From assembly GCA_042408785.1 (NCBI GenBank), contig JBHOQU010000124.1, forward strand, positions 70,482 to 134,481: DNA of 64,000 nucleotides. Direction: 5' to 3'. Within the stretch, counting starts at the first letter, position 1. Every line of letters starts with the position of its first letter. Below the pieces are notes generated by a model. It made no database searches, was not told the DNA's origin, and saw only the letters and a list, made by a program, of their open reading frames with translations. A program made the position numbers and the translations under genes. Source of the DNA: Dehalococcoidia bacterium. GTDB lineage: Bacteria > Chloroflexota > Dehalococcoidia > JAUQQI01. Shown here in pieces: positions 19,078-29,185 of the stretch.

Positions 19078-20239
19078 GGTTTTTCCAGGCGACCAGCCGC
19101 CGCAGGGCCTCTTCCAGGCGGTCGTCCGGGGTGGTTAGGGAGATTCGGAAGTAGCCCTCGCCGTTCGGTCCGAAGCCGACGCCGGGGGTGACCACGACCG
19201 CGGTGGCCTCCAGCAGCCGGAGGGCGAACTCGACGGAGGGCTGGCCATCGGGGGTGCGGACCCAGAGGTAGAAGCCGGCCTTTGGCGGCCGGACCTCAAA
19301 GCCGGCTGTCCGGAGGGCTTCGACGGCCAAGTCGCGCCGGCGGCGGTAGACCCGGTTATTGGCCTCAACCCACTCGTCAGGGCCCCGCAGGGCGGTTATG
19401 GCCGCCCACTGGATCGCCTGTGGGATTCCCGAATCAAAGTTAGTCTTCACCTGGGTGAGGGCCCGGATGACCTCCGGGTTGCCCACGGCCATCCCAACCC
19501 GCCACCCGGTCATATTATACGTCTTCGAGAGACTGTGGAACTCCACCCCTACCTCCCGGGCACCCGCCACCTGCAAGAAGGAGCCGGGCCGGTAGCCGTC
19601 GAAGGCGACCTCGGTGTAGGCGGCGTCGTGGCAGACGACGATGTCGAACTGGCGGGCAAAGTCGACGACTTCCCGGAAGAAGGCCGCGTCGGCGGTGGCC
19701 CCGGTGGGGTTATTCGGGTAGTTGAGCCAGAGGATCTTGGCCCGCCGGGCCACCTCCGTGGGAACGGCCCCCAGGTCCGGCAGAAAGCCCCGCTCCTCTT
19801 TGAGGGGCAGGTAGAAAACCTCCCCGCCGGCGAAGACCGCCCCGGAAGTGTAGACCGGGTAGCCCGGGTCGGGCACCAGGACCGCATCCCCGGGGTCGAT
19901 GAGGGCCAGGGGGATGTGGGCGATCCCTTCTTTAGAGCCGATAAGGGGCACCACTTCTGAGTTGGGGTCCAGGCTCACCCCGAAGCGGCGCCGGTACCAG
20001 TCGGCGATGGCGGCCCGGAGCTCGGGCAGGCCCTCGCTTTCCGGGTAGCGGTGGTTAGCCGGGTCCCGGGCGGCCCGGGTGAGGGCCTCGACGACCGGCT
20101 CCGGCGTCGGCAGGTCCGGGTCGCCGATGCCCAGGCTGACCACGTCCCGGCCCTCGGCCCGCAGCCGGCCGACGGTCCGGCTGATCTCGGCGAAAAGGTA
20201 GGGCGGCAGTAAATCCAGACGGCGGGAGGTTTTCATCTT
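19070..20239 (-). CDS. dapL: LL-diaminopimelate aminotransferase (class I aminotransferase, DapL-type)
   Basis: PLP-dependent class I aminotransferase fold with N-terminal LPPYLFAEI typical of DapL. Lies immediately downstream of dapF. Start taken at MKTSRR. Confidence 0.7.
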   Translation of the reverse strand, partial: KMKTSRRLDLLPPYLFAEISRTVGRLRAEGRDVVSLGIGDPDLPTPEPVVEALTRAARDPANHRYPESEGLPELRAAIADWYRRRFGVSLDPNSEVVPLIGSKEGIAHIPLALIDPGDAVLVPDPGYPVYTSGAVFAGGEVFYLPLKEERGFLPDLGAVPTEVARRAKILWLNYPNNPTGATADAAFFREVVDFARQFDIVVCHDAAYTEVAFDGYRPGSFLQVAGAREVGVEFHSLSKTYNMTGWRVGMAVGNPEVIRALTQVKTNFDSGIPQAIQWAAITALRGPDEWVEANNRVYRRRRDLAVEALRTAGFEVRPPKAGFYLWVRTPDGQPSVEFALRLLEATAVVVTPGVGFGPNGEGYFRISLTTPDDRLEEALRRLVAWKNRE

Positions 20240-20274
20240 TGGGGTCTCCTGGTCGGGCTGGTCTGGCGGGCGGC

Positions 20275-21117
20275 TCAATCCTCGAACCACTCGCCGACGA
20301 AGACTTCGGCAGCCGGGCCGGTCATCAGCACCTCGCCCCGGCCGTCCCACTCGATTTCGAGGGTGCCGCCGGGCAGTTCGACCCGGACCTTCTCGGGGGC
20401 GAGGCCCTTAAGGCGGGCGGCCACGGCCACGGCGCAGGCCCCGGTGCCGCAGGCCAGGGTGGGCCCGACCCCCCGCTCCCAGACCCGGACCCGGTAATGG
20501 TCCGGGGCGAGGCGGTTGACCGCCTCGAAGTTGGTTCGCCGGGGGAAGAGGGGGTGATGCTCCACCTTCGGCCCGACCTGCTCCAGGGGGAAGGCTTCGA
20601 CGGGCTCATCCAGGAAGGCTACGGCGTGGGGGTTGCCCATGGAGACGAAGGTCAGGGCCAGCCGGTGGCCGTCCACCGGGAGCGGGTGGTCGACGATGGG
20701 CCCGGGGCCCGGCAGGTCCACCGGGACGTCGGTCGGGTCGAGGCGGGGCCGGCCCATGGCCACCCGGACGGCCTCCACCACGCCGCCCCGCCGGATCAGC
20801 CGCAGCCGCTGGATTCCGGCCAGGGTCTCCACTTCCAGCTCGTCCTGGTCGGCCGGGATGTAGCTGTGGTCGGCCAGGTACTTGGCGAAGCAGCGGATGC
20901 CGTTGCCGCACATCTCCGCCTCGGAGCCGTCGGCGTTGATGATGCGCATTTTGAAGGGGGCCTTTTCCCCCGCTTCCAAAAGCAGAAGGCCGTCGGCCCC
21001 GATGCCGAAGTGGCGGTCGCACAGCCGGGGCGCCAGCCGGTGCCAGTCGAGCCGGCGGTTCCGGGCATCGAAGAGGATGAAGTCATTTCCCAGGCCGTGG
21101 AGTTTATAGAACCGCAC
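20275..21117 (-). CDS. dapF: Diaminopimelate epimerase
   Basis: MRFYKLHGLGNDFILFD start. Both catalytic Cys motifs are present (CGNGIRC, CGTGACA). Confidence 0.9.
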   Translation of the reverse strand: MRFYKLHGLGNDFILFDARNRRLDWHRLAPRLCDRHFGIGADGLLLLEAGEKAPFKMRIINADGSEAEMCGNGIRCFAKYLADHSYIPADQDELEVETLAGIQRLRLIRRGGVVEAVRVAMGRPRLDPTDVPVDLPGPGPIVDHPLPVDGHRLALTFVSMGNPHAVAFLDEPVEAFPLEQVGPKVEHHPLFPRRTNFEAVNRLAPDHYRVRVWERGVGPTLACGTGACAVAVAARLKGLAPEKVRVELPGGTLEIEWDGRGEVLMTGPAAEVFVGEWFED

Positions 21118-21166
21118 GGTCGGCCTCTCCTCCGGGTCTCGCTTTTAGAATACCACGGCCCCGGCC

Positions 21167-22102
21167 TTACCCTCTACCGGCCAGGTGACGCCCCACCAGG
21201 GCCGCCGCCTTCTCGACCAGGTCGGGGTCGTCGGCCTCCAGCCAGGTTATCCTGGGGTCGTTAAGCCGAAACCAGGCGTACTGGTGGCGGGCGTAGTTGT
21301 GGATTTCGCCTTTGGTGCGGGCGATGGCCTCTTCCAGGGAGATTTCCCCTTTGAGATATCTTACGAGCCAGCGGTAGCCGTGGCCGGTAAGGGCCGGAAG
21401 CTCCGGGGAGTAGCCCTTGTCCAGGAGCCGGCGGACCTCGTCCAACCACCCGGCGGCCGCCATCTCCTCCAACCGGCGGTCGATGCGGCCGTAAAGCTTT
21501 TGGCGGTCCAGGGTAAGGCCGATAATGAGGGGGTCCCAGGGGGGCGGGTTCTTACGCCTGAGCTCGGAAAACTTCCGGCCGGTTTTGGTTATAACCTCGA
21601 GGGCCCGGATCACCCGCCGCAGGTTCCGGGGGTCGATCCGGGCCGCGGCCTCGGGGTCCAGGGCTCTAAGCTCGGCGTAGAGGGCTTCGGCCCCCTCCCG
21701 TTCGGCCCGCTCCTGGAGGCGGCGGCGAAGCTCCGGGTCCGGGGGAACCGGGGGTACCTGGTAGCCTTCCAGGAGGGCCCAGACGTAGTGGCCGGTGCCC
21801 CCCACCAGGATGGGGAGCCGGCCCCGGCGGGCGATATCTTCGACGGCCTGGCGGGCCAGGCGGGTGTAGAGGGCGACGCTGAATTCCTCGTCCGGCCGGA
21901 CGATATCAAAGAGGTGATGGGGAATTCGGCGCCGGACCTCGGGCGGTGGCTTGGCCGTTCCGATGTCCAGACAGCGGTAAACCTGGCGGCTGTCGGCATT
22001 GATAATTTCGCCGCCGAACCGCTCGGCCAGGGCAATGGCCAGGTCAGACTTGCCCGTGGCCGTCGGCCCGACGACCACCACCAGCTTCGTCCCCCCGGGC
22101 AT
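21167..22102 (-). CDS. miaA: tRNA dimethylallyltransferase
   Basis: P-loop GPTATGKSDLAIALA and the overall MiaA pattern. Confidence 0.9.
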   Translation of the reverse strand: MPGGTKLVVVVGPTATGKSDLAIALAERFGGEIINADSRQVYRCLDIGTAKPPPEVRRRIPHHLFDIVRPDEEFSVALYTRLARQAVEDIARRGRLPILVGGTGHYVWALLEGYQVPPVPPDPELRRRLQERAEREGAEALYAELRALDPEAAARIDPRNLRRVIRALEVITKTGRKFSELRRKNPPPWDPLIIGLTLDRQKLYGRIDRRLEEMAAAGWLDEVRRLLDKGYSPELPALTGHGYRWLVRYLKGEISLEEAIARTKGEIHNYARHQYAWFRLNDPRITWLEADDPDLVEKAAALVGRHLAGRG

Positions 22103-23082
22103 CAGTCGATGCGGGGGTCCAGCCGCCCGGCCGCCTTAAGGGCGCGGAAGATTTCGGCCGTCCGGCGGATGCCCTGGGCCAGGGGGGTATAAGGGACCTG
22201 CCCGCCCAGGAACTCCCGGAGCCCCCGGTCGTCCAGCTCGGGGGGGAGGGGCAGGGGCGGGCCCTCCCAGCCGATAAGACCCCGGCTTTCGGGCAAGACC
22301 TCCCCAAGCTCGGCCAGAAATTCCTCCACCGAGACCACACTGCCCCGGATGTTGAAAACCGGCGCCCCGGCCGCCTCCCGGCGGGCGGCGGCGATGAAGA
22401 TTCTGGCCACGTCTTCGGCGTACTGGAGGTCGAGCCGGCCGCCGAACCGGATTTTAAAGGGCACCCCCAGCACGGCGGCCTTGATGGCCTTGGTCGGGTC
22501 CGAGGTAAGGCCCTGGTCCCGGCCGACCCCGTAGACGGCCCAGGGCCGCAGGCCCACCGACGGGACGCCATAATCCTGCCAGTAAAGGCGGGCCGTGCCC
22601 TCGTTGGCCTGCTTGTATATGCCGTAAAGGGTTTCGGGCCGCTGGGGGGCGTCGTCGGGGAGGGGGGCGGCCTCCCCGTAGAAGCTGGGCGGGCCGAAGA
22701 CGGCCACCGAGCTGGCGTAGACCAGGGACCGGATCCACAGGCGGCGGGCCGCCTCGAAGATGTTTACGGTCCCCACCACGTTTACCAGGGCGCCCCGGAC
22801 CGGGTCGGCCCGGCAGAAGGGGATCTGGAGGGCGGCCAGGTGGATGACCCGGTTCACCCGGTGCCCTTCCAGCACCCGGAGCACCCCGTCGAAATCCGTA
22901 ATGTCCAGCCTGACGAAGGTTACGGAAAGCAGGGACTCGGGCGGGACCAGCTGGGCCAGTCGGCGGGGCTCCGGGTCGATATCCGCCCCGACGACGGGAA
23001 TGCCCGCCTCCCCCAGGAGTTTTATCACCCACGAACCGATGCAGCCGGAACTGCCCGTAACTAAAAACCGCTCTTCGGTCAT
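22102..23082 (-). CDS. NAD-dependent epimerase/dehydratase (SDR family)
   Basis: Rossmann VTGSSGCIGSWV and a YxxxK-type SDR architecture. Confidence 0.8.
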   Translation of the reverse strand: MTEERFLVTGSSGCIGSWVIKLLGEAGIPVVGADIDPEPRRLAQLVPPESLLSVTFVRLDITDFDGVLRVLEGHRVNRVIHLAALQIPFCRADPVRGALVNVVGTVNIFEAARRLWIRSLVYASSVAVFGPPSFYGEAAPLPDDAPQRPETLYGIYKQANEGTARLYWQDYGVPSVGLRPWAVYGVGRDQGLTSDPTKAIKAAVLGVPFKIRFGGRLDLQYAEDVARIFIAAARREAAGAPVFNIRGSVVSVEEFLAELGEVLPESRGLIGWEGPPLPLPPELDDRGLREFLGGQVPYTPLAQGIRRTAEIFRALKAAGRLDPRID

Positions 23083-24626
23083 TTTTCTAACCAGGTGTCC
23101 ACAAGCTCGTAACTGCCGGGCCCCGAGTGGGGCCGGTAGCCCCGCACGTAAGGCTGCCAGAGGCCGAAACGGTTTAAAGAGACCAGGCCGATAAAATACT
23201 GCTGTTCGGCCAAATAAGCCTGGATTTCATCCAGAAGCTGTTTGCGGGCGGCCTTGTTTAGAATCCGCCGCTGACGGCGGATAAGCTCGGCCAGGAGCGG
23301 GTCGGGGGGCGGACCCGACCCCTCGAACATTACGGTGAGCTGTTCGTCGGGGTCCAAGAAGAAGCCGTAGGCCTCCAGGGTGAGCTCGGCCGGGCCGTCC
23401 CCGGGGGCCAGGTCGACCCCGACCTGCCCGAACTGCTCCCGCAGGGCCTCAAACCAGGCGGATGGCGCCCGGAGCCTGAGGCCGAGCCCCCGCAGGCCGG
23501 CCTCGGCCGCCAGCTCCCCGGCCAGCACCGGGTCGAAGCCGTAGTAGCGGGCGGCCGGCCCCAGCCGCTCGCCGGCCAGGGCCCACTCCACCAGGGCCAA
23601 ACTTAAGGGGCCGGCGGGGGCCCCATGCCCCCGGCCCAGCTGGCCCAGGAGGGCCTGACGGTCGACGGCCAGGGCCAGCGCCTGTCGGGCCCGCCGGTCG
23701 GCGAGGGGCGGGAGGTCGGCCCGGACTTTTAGATAAAAAGACTCGGCCCCCACCACCTCTTCGGCCTGGACGTCGGGCCGGGCCTGGCGGACGGCGTCGA
23801 ACTGGGCGGGGGAGGTGGTCACGGCGGGTGGGATGATGTCCAGGGCCCCCGCGCGGAAATAGGCCAGCCGGGCGGTCTCGTCGGGGATGATCAGCCAGTG
23901 GACCTCATCCACGTACGGGCGGCTAGGCCGGAAATAAGCGGGGTTTTTCCGGAAGATCAGGCTTATTCCCGGGAAACGCTCGTGGAGGATGAAGGGGCCG
24001 GTGCCGACGGGACTGGTCTTCAGGGCTGCCTGCTGGCCCACCAGCTCCCGGGGGAGGATCCAGCCGTAGGGGCCGGCCAGGTAGTGGATAAAGGGGGCGG
24101 TGACCTCTCTGAGGATAACTTTAACGGTGTACTTGTCGGGGACCTCCACCCGGTCGATGCGGCCGAAGTGGAGGCGGTGGCGGGGGTCGGGGCTGCCCAT
24201 GAGCCACTCCAGGGTCGCCCGAACGTCATCGGCCACCAGCTCCCGGCCGTTGACCGGCGGCCTGGGGTGAAACCTCACCCCCTTGCGCAGGTGGAAGGCG
24301 TAGGTGACCTCGTCGGTCTGCTCCCAGCTTTCTACCAAGTCCGGCTCGGGGATGAGCTGGTTGGGGTCGACCTCCCGCCCGGTTCGGAAGCGCACCAGTC
24401 GGGAGTAGATAAGGCCCATAAGGGGTAGGGCGGCGGGGACGCCGGCATGGGGGTCAAGACTGACGGGGTCGGTGTGGTAGCCGACCTTGAGGACGCCCCC
24501 TGGCCTGGGGTCGAGCCCAGGCCGTGTCTCAGCGGCGGCCTCCCGGCCGCCCGGAACCCGGCAGCCGGCCAGGCCCGCGCCCAGCAGGAGGCCCAGCGCT
24601 TCCCGTCGGCTCAGCCTCGGCCCCAC
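23079..24626 (-). CDS. ABC transporter substrate-binding lipoprotein, family 5 (peptide/nickel type), orphan
   Basis: Tat-like SRREALGLLLGAGLAGC lipobox. SBP_bac_5 length and pattern. No permease or ATPase genes adjacent. Confidence 0.75.
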   Translation of the reverse strand: MGPRLSRREALGLLLGAGLAGCRVPGGREAAAETRPGLDPRPGGVLKVGYHTDPVSLDPHAGVPAALPLMGLIYSRLVRFRTGREVDPNQLIPEPDLVESWEQTDEVTYAFHLRKGVRFHPRPPVNGRELVADDVRATLEWLMGSPDPRHRLHFGRIDRVEVPDKYTVKVILREVTAPFIHYLAGPYGWILPRELVGQQAALKTSPVGTGPFILHERFPGISLIFRKNPAYFRPSRPYVDEVHWLIIPDETARLAYFRAGALDIIPPAVTTSPAQFDAVRQARPDVQAEEVVGAESFYLKVRADLPPLADRRARQALALAVDRQALLGQLGRGHGAPAGPLSLALVEWALAGERLGPAARYYGFDPVLAGELAAEAGLRGLGLRLRAPSAWFEALREQFGQVGVDLAPGDGPAELTLEAYGFFLDPDEQLTVMFEGSGPPPDPLLAELIRRQRRILNKAARKQLLDEIQAYLAEQQYFIGLVSLNRFGLWQPYVRGYRPHSGPGSYELVDTWLEK

Positions 24627-24627
24627 C

Positions 24628-25416
24628 TCAGCCTCCCCGCCCCGCCCGCCGCCCGGCCAGGGTGGCAGTTAGCCGGACAATTTCGATAAAATCGGCGGCC
24701 CGGAGGCTTGCACCCCCCACCAGGGCCCCGTCCACCTCCGGCTGGCCGACGAATTCCCCGATATTCTCGGGGGAGACGCTTCCCCCGTAAAGGATGCGAG
24801 TTCGGCCGGCGTAGTCGGACCCGAATTTTCGGGCGAGCAGGGCCCGGATCTGCACCACCACCTCGTTGGCCTGGGCCCCGGTAGCCGGACGGCCGGTGCC
24901 GATGGCCCAGACCGGCTCGTAGGCCACTACCAGCTCCCGGTCGGGCGGCCAGTCTTTAAGGCCGGCCTCCACCTGGCGGGTAACGACCTCCAGGGTCCGG
25001 CCGGCCTCGTTTTCGGCCAGGTTTTCGCCGACGCAGAAGATGGGCACTAGACCGGCCTGGGCGGCAGCCCGGAGCTTTCGGGCCACCGTCTCGTCGGTTT
25101 CGCCGAAATACTGCCGCCGCTCGCTGTGGCCCACGATCACGTATCGGCAGAAGGGCCGGAGCATGGCCGCCGAAATCTCGCCGGTGTAGGCCCCCTTCGG
25201 CTCCCAGTGGAGGTCCTGGGCCCCCAGGGCGATGGGAGTGTCCAGCAGGAGCTGGTAAATGGGGTAAATGGACGTAAAGGGGGGGCAGAGGGCGACGTCC
25301 ACCTCCCGGCAAAGCTCGGCCAACCGGTCCGCCATGGCGGTCACCAGCCGCAACCCCTCGGGAACGGTGGTGTGCATCTTCCAGTTGGCGGCGATAAGGG
25401 GCCTGCGCATCGGCAT
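24628..25416 (-). CDS. tpiA: Triosephosphate isomerase
   Basis: RRPLIAANWKMH start. Catalytic VIVGHSERR, AYEPVWAIGTG and GGSV motifs. Confidence 0.9.
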   Translation of the reverse strand: MPMRRPLIAANWKMHTTVPEGLRLVTAMADRLAELCREVDVALCPPFTSIYPIYQLLLDTPIALGAQDLHWEPKGAYTGEISAAMLRPFCRYVIVGHSERRQYFGETDETVARKLRAAAQAGLVPIFCVGENLAENEAGRTLEVVTRQVEAGLKDWPPDRELVVAYEPVWAIGTGRPATGAQANEVVVQIRALLARKFGSDYAGRTRILYGGSVSPENIGEFVGQPEVDGALVGGASLRAADFIEIVRLTATLAGRRAGRGG

Positions 25417-26615
25417 TACGCCCCGAAGCGGGTGAGGCGGCCGGCGTGGGCCAGCATAAGGGGCATGAGGGCCGTGGCGGGGATCAGACCCAGGCCCCCC
25501 CGCCGGCACTCCGCCTCCCCGAATTTCTGGGCCCGGTCGGGCCGGCACCAGCGGGACCAGAGGACCACCGGCACCGGGTGCCAGGAGTGGGACCGGTAGG
25601 CCGCCGGGGTCGAATGGTCCCCGGTAACCACCAGGACGTCCGGCCGCAGTTCCAGAAGCCTTGGGAGCAGGCTGTCGGCCTCCTCGATGGCCGCCACCTT
25701 GGCCTGGAAGTTACCGTCCTCCCCGGCGGTATCCGTTCGCTTGAAGTGGACGAAGAAGAAGTCGAACTCCCGGAAGCGGTCGGCCACCGTCTGGAAGTTT
25801 TCGGCCAGCGTCTGGCCGGTGGGCAGAACCGTCATCCCCACTAGGCGGGCGAGGCCCCGGTACATGGGGTATGTGGCCACCGCCGCCGCCTTCAGCTTGT
25901 AAACCTCCCCGAAGGTGGGGGGGTGGGGGTGCTTGGCGAAGCCCCGCAGCAGCACCATATTGGCCGGGTGCTCCTCGGCGAGGATTTTGCGGGCCTCCTC
26001 AACCCAGCGGTTGACAAGGGCGGCGGTGGCGTCGGCCCCGGGCCGGGTCGGCCGAACCGGCAGGGGCGGAACCCCCTCCCGGGTCGGGTCGGTCTCGGTG
26101 AGGTCGGCGCTGAGGCCCGGGCCCCGCAGCACCAGGACGAAGCGGTGCTCCCGGACCGGCTCGACGAACACCTCAACCCCCGGCAGCCGGATCCGGCGCA
26201 GCTTTTCGCAGAGGCGGGCGTTTACCTCGGTGGGGATGCGGCCGGCCCGCCGGTCGACGATGCGCCCCTCGGCGTCCACGGTGCAGAAGTTTCCCCGGGC
26301 CGCCACGTCGTCGGGGGTGAGGGAAAAGTCGATTCCGAGGGCCTCCAGGACGCCCCGGCCGATCTCCCAGCGGAGGGGGTCGTAGCCGAAGAGGGCCAGG
26401 TGACCCGGCCCCGACCCCGGGCTTATGCCGGGGCCGACAGGCTGGGAGAGGCCGCAGTTGCCCTCGTAGGCGAGGCGGTCCAGGTTCGGGGTTCGGGCCG
26501 TCTCCAGCTCGGTCAGCCCCGTGTCCGGGTCGGGAAGGCCCCCGAGGCCGTCCATGACGAAAAGGATAAGCTTCGAGCCGTTGCTGATCACCAGGTCTCG
26601 GATGAGCTCCTGCAC
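25416..26615 (-). CDS. apgM: 2,3-bisphosphoglycerate-independent phosphoglycerate mutase, archaeal type (ApgM family)
   Basis: MQELI...LILFVMDGLGG N-terminus and ...TGDHSTP... metalloenzyme motifs characteristic of ApgM rather than bacterial GpmI. Confidence 0.8.
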   Translation of the reverse strand: MQELIRDLVISNGSKLILFVMDGLGGLPDPDTGLTELETARTPNLDRLAYEGNCGLSQPVGPGISPGSGPGHLALFGYDPLRWEIGRGVLEALGIDFSLTPDDVAARGNFCTVDAEGRIVDRRAGRIPTEVNARLCEKLRRIRLPGVEVFVEPVREHRFVLVLRGPGLSADLTETDPTREGVPPLPVRPTRPGADATAALVNRWVEEARKILAEEHPANMVLLRGFAKHPHPPTFGEVYKLKAAAVATYPMYRGLARLVGMTVLPTGQTLAENFQTVADRFREFDFFFVHFKRTDTAGEDGNFQAKVAAIEEADSLLPRLLELRPDVLVVTGDHSTPAAYRSHSWHPVPVVLWSRWCRPDRAQKFGEAECRRGGLGLIPATALMPLMLAHAGRLTRFGA

Positions 26616-26629
26616 GGCGGAACCTCCGG

Positions 26630-27826
26630 TCAGGCGGGCTCGTGGAGAACGGCCATGCCGGGGAGGGTCCGGCCCTCAAGAAACTCCAGGGCGGCGCCCC
26701 CGCCGGTGGAGACGTGGTCGAAGCGGTCGGCCAGGCCCAGCCGCTCCACGGCCGCCACCGTCTCCCCGCCCCCGATAACCCTTACGGCCCCGGTGAGGCC
26801 GGCCAGGAACTCGGCGATGGCCCGGGTGCCTGCGGCGAACGGTTCCAGCTCGAACACTCCCATTGGACCGTTCCAGAGGACCGTCCGGGCGGGCCGGAGG
26901 GCCTCCTGAAACCGGCGAACGGTCTCCGGGCCGATGTCGAGGATGCGCCAGCCCTCGGGCACGTCCCCAAAGGCAACTGTCCGGGTCTGGGCGTCGGCCG
27001 CAACCCGGTCGGCAATGACTCCGTCGACGGGAACAAGGACCTTGCCCGTGGCCAGCAGCTCCCGGGCCGATGGAACGTGCTCCTCCTCGTAGAGGGACGA
27101 ACCGACCTGATGGCCCTGGGCCTTGAGAAACGTGTTGGCCATCCCGCCCCCGACCAGCAGCCGGTCCACCCGGGGAAGCAGGTTGCGCAGGACCGGCAGT
27201 TTGTCGCTTACTTTGGCCCCGCCGATAACGGCCAGATAGGGCCGCTCCGGGGCCTCCAGCACCCTGGTCAGGTAGTAGACCTCCTTCTCCATCAGCAGGC
27301 CGGCGTAGGCCGGCAGAAAGCGGGCAACCCCGACGGTGGAGGCGTGGGCCCGGTGGGCGGCACCGAAGGCATCGTTCACGTAGACCTCCCCGAGGCGGGC
27401 CAAGGCCTCGGCGAAGGTGGGGTCGTTGGCCTCCTCCCCCGGGTGGAACCGAACGTTTTCTAAAAGCAGAACCTCCCCGGGCTGAAGCTGGGCTGCCATC
27501 GCCTCCACCTCCGGCCCAATGCAGTCGGGGGCCTTTTTAACCGGCCGGCCCAGCAGGGCCGCCAGGCGGCGGGCCACGGGGTCGAGCCGGAACTTTTCGA
27601 CCACCTTGCCCTCGGGCCGGCCCAGGTGGGACATTAAAATCACCCGGGCGCCCTGCTGAACCAGATACTCGATGGTGGGCAAGGCGGCCCGAATACGGGT
27701 GTCGTCGGCAACCTCCCCAGTTTGGGGGTCCAGGGGAACGTTAAAATCTACCCTAACGAGGACCCGCTTGCCTGAAACCTGGGCTTGGCGGAGAGTTCTG
27801 AGTTTCACCGGCGGCTTCCCCCCCAA
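26630..27826 (-). CDS. pgk: Phosphoglycerate kinase
   Basis: [15 protein letters not shown] start, and conservation across the full length. Confidence 0.9.
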   Translation of the reverse strand: MGGKPPVKLRTLRQAQVSGKRVLVRVDFNVPLDPQTGEVADDTRIRAALPTIEYLVQQGARVILMSHLGRPEGKVVEKFRLDPVARRLAALLGRPVKKAPDCIGPEVEAMAAQLQPGEVLLLENVRFHPGEEANDPTFAEALARLGEVYVNDAFGAAHRAHASTVGVARFLPAYAGLLMEKEVYYLTRVLEAPERPYLAVIGGAKVSDKLPVLRNLLPRVDRLLVGGGMANTFLKAQGHQVGSSLYEEEHVPSARELLATGKVLVPVDGVIADRVAADAQTRTVAFGDVPEGWRILDIGPETVRRFQEALRPARTVLWNGPMGVFELEPFAAGTRAIAEFLAGLTGAVRVIGGGETVAAVERLGLADRFDHVSTGGGAALEFLEGRTLPGMAVLHEPA

Positions 27827-27909
27827 AAGGCTTTACCGAGCGAATTATAGCGGGTTTTTAGATTGACCGGATGTTTGGAGGTCGGTTATGCTTTTAACCG
27901 GAACCGCCT

Positions 27910-29172
27910 ATGGCCGGCCCTAAGTACCGTTCCCCCCGGGGAACCGCCGATATCCTGCCCGAAGAGCAGCCCTACTGGCGCTTCGTCCTGGAGACGGCCG
28001 GGACGATGGCCGAGCTGTACGGCTACCGGCGCATCGACGTCCCCCTTTTCGAGTCGGCCGACCTCTACATCCGGGGGGTTGGGGAGGCAACGGATATCGT
28101 CCAGAAGGAGATGTATATTTTCGCCGACCGGGGGGGCGACCGGATGGCCCTGCGGCCGGAGTTTACCGCCGGGGTCTGCCGGGCCTACCTTCAGCACGGC
28201 ATGGCCCACTGGCCCCAGCCGGTGAAGCTCTGGACCGCCGGGCCGGTCTTCCGCTACGACCGGCCCCAGCGGGGCCGCTACCGCCAGTTCCACCAGTTTA
28301 ACTACGAGGCCATCGGGGAGCTGGACCCCTGGCTGGATGCCGAGGTCATCGACCTGGCCTGGCGCTTTTACGGCCGGCTGGGCCTTAAAGACCTTACCCT
28401 GGAGCTCAACAGCATCGGCGATGGGAAATGCCGGCCGGCCTACCGGGAGGCCCTCCGAGCCTACTACCGGCCCCTGGTCGACCGACTCTGCCCCGACTGC
28501 AGGGCGCGGCTGGAACGCAACCCCCTCCGGCTCCTCGACTGCAAAGAGCCCACCTGCTGGGCCCTGGCCGAGGCGGCGCCCCGGTCGGTGGATTACCTTT
28601 GCGATGAGTGCCGGGAGCACTTTGCGGGGGTCCAGGACTGGCTCGGCCGGTACGGGGTGCCTTACCGGCTCAACCACCGGCTGGTCCGGGGCCTGGACTA
28701 CTACACGAAGACGGTCTTTGAGATTCAGCCGCCCCGGCAGGGGGCCCAAGCGGCCCTGGGGGGTGGGGGCCGCTACGACGGCCTCATCGAGGAGCTGGGG
28801 GGAAAACCCACCCCCGGGGTCGGCTTCGCCACCGGAATCGAGCGGGTGATCCTCGAACTTAAGGAGCAGGGAGTGGCGCTCCCGGACCGGAAGGTCCCCA
28901 TGGTTTTCGTCGCCTACACCGGGGAGGCCACCCGGCTGGCCGCGGCGGAGGTGGTGGGCCGGGTCCGGGCCGCCGGCCTTATCGGGGTGCACGCCTTCGG
29001 GAGCCGCAGCCTTAAGGCCCAGCTTCGACTGGCCGACGGCCTGGGGGCCGACTACGCCGTTATCCTGGGCGAGGAAGAGTACCGGCAGGGCCAGGTGGTC
29101 CTTCGGGACCTGGCCAGCGGCCGGCAGGAGACGATTACCCTCGAGGCAGCCCTAAACCGAATAAGGTCGTAG
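27910..29172 (+). CDS. hisS: Histidine--tRNA ligase
   Basis: RGTADILPEE start, class II aaRS motifs, HisRS anticodon-binding domain. Confidence 0.9.
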   Translation: MAGPKYRSPRGTADILPEEQPYWRFVLETAGTMAELYGYRRIDVPLFESADLYIRGVGEATDIVQKEMYIFADRGGDRMALRPEFTAGVCRAYLQHGMAHWPQPVKLWTAGPVFRYDRPQRGRYRQFHQFNYEAIGELDPWLDAEVIDLAWRFYGRLGLKDLTLELNSIGDGKCRPAYREALRAYYRPLVDRLCPDCRARLERNPLRLLDCKEPTCWALAEAAPRSVDYLCDECREHFAGVQDWLGRYGVPYRLNHRLVRGLDYYTKTVFEIQPPRQGAQAALGGGGRYDGLIEELGGKPTPGVGFATGIERVILELKEQGVALPDRKVPMVFVAYTGEATRLAAAEVVGRVRAAGLIGVHAFGSRSLKAQLRLADGLGADYAVILGEEEYRQGQVVLRDLASGRQETITLEAALNRIRS

Positions 29173-29185
29173 CCGGAGCGACGCC

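Noticed and set aside
27827-27909. Possible T-box leader upstream of hisS
   Set aside because: The intergenic region is only ~83 nt, far too short for a T-box riboswitch (~250 nt). No specifier-loop or antiterminator pattern is present.
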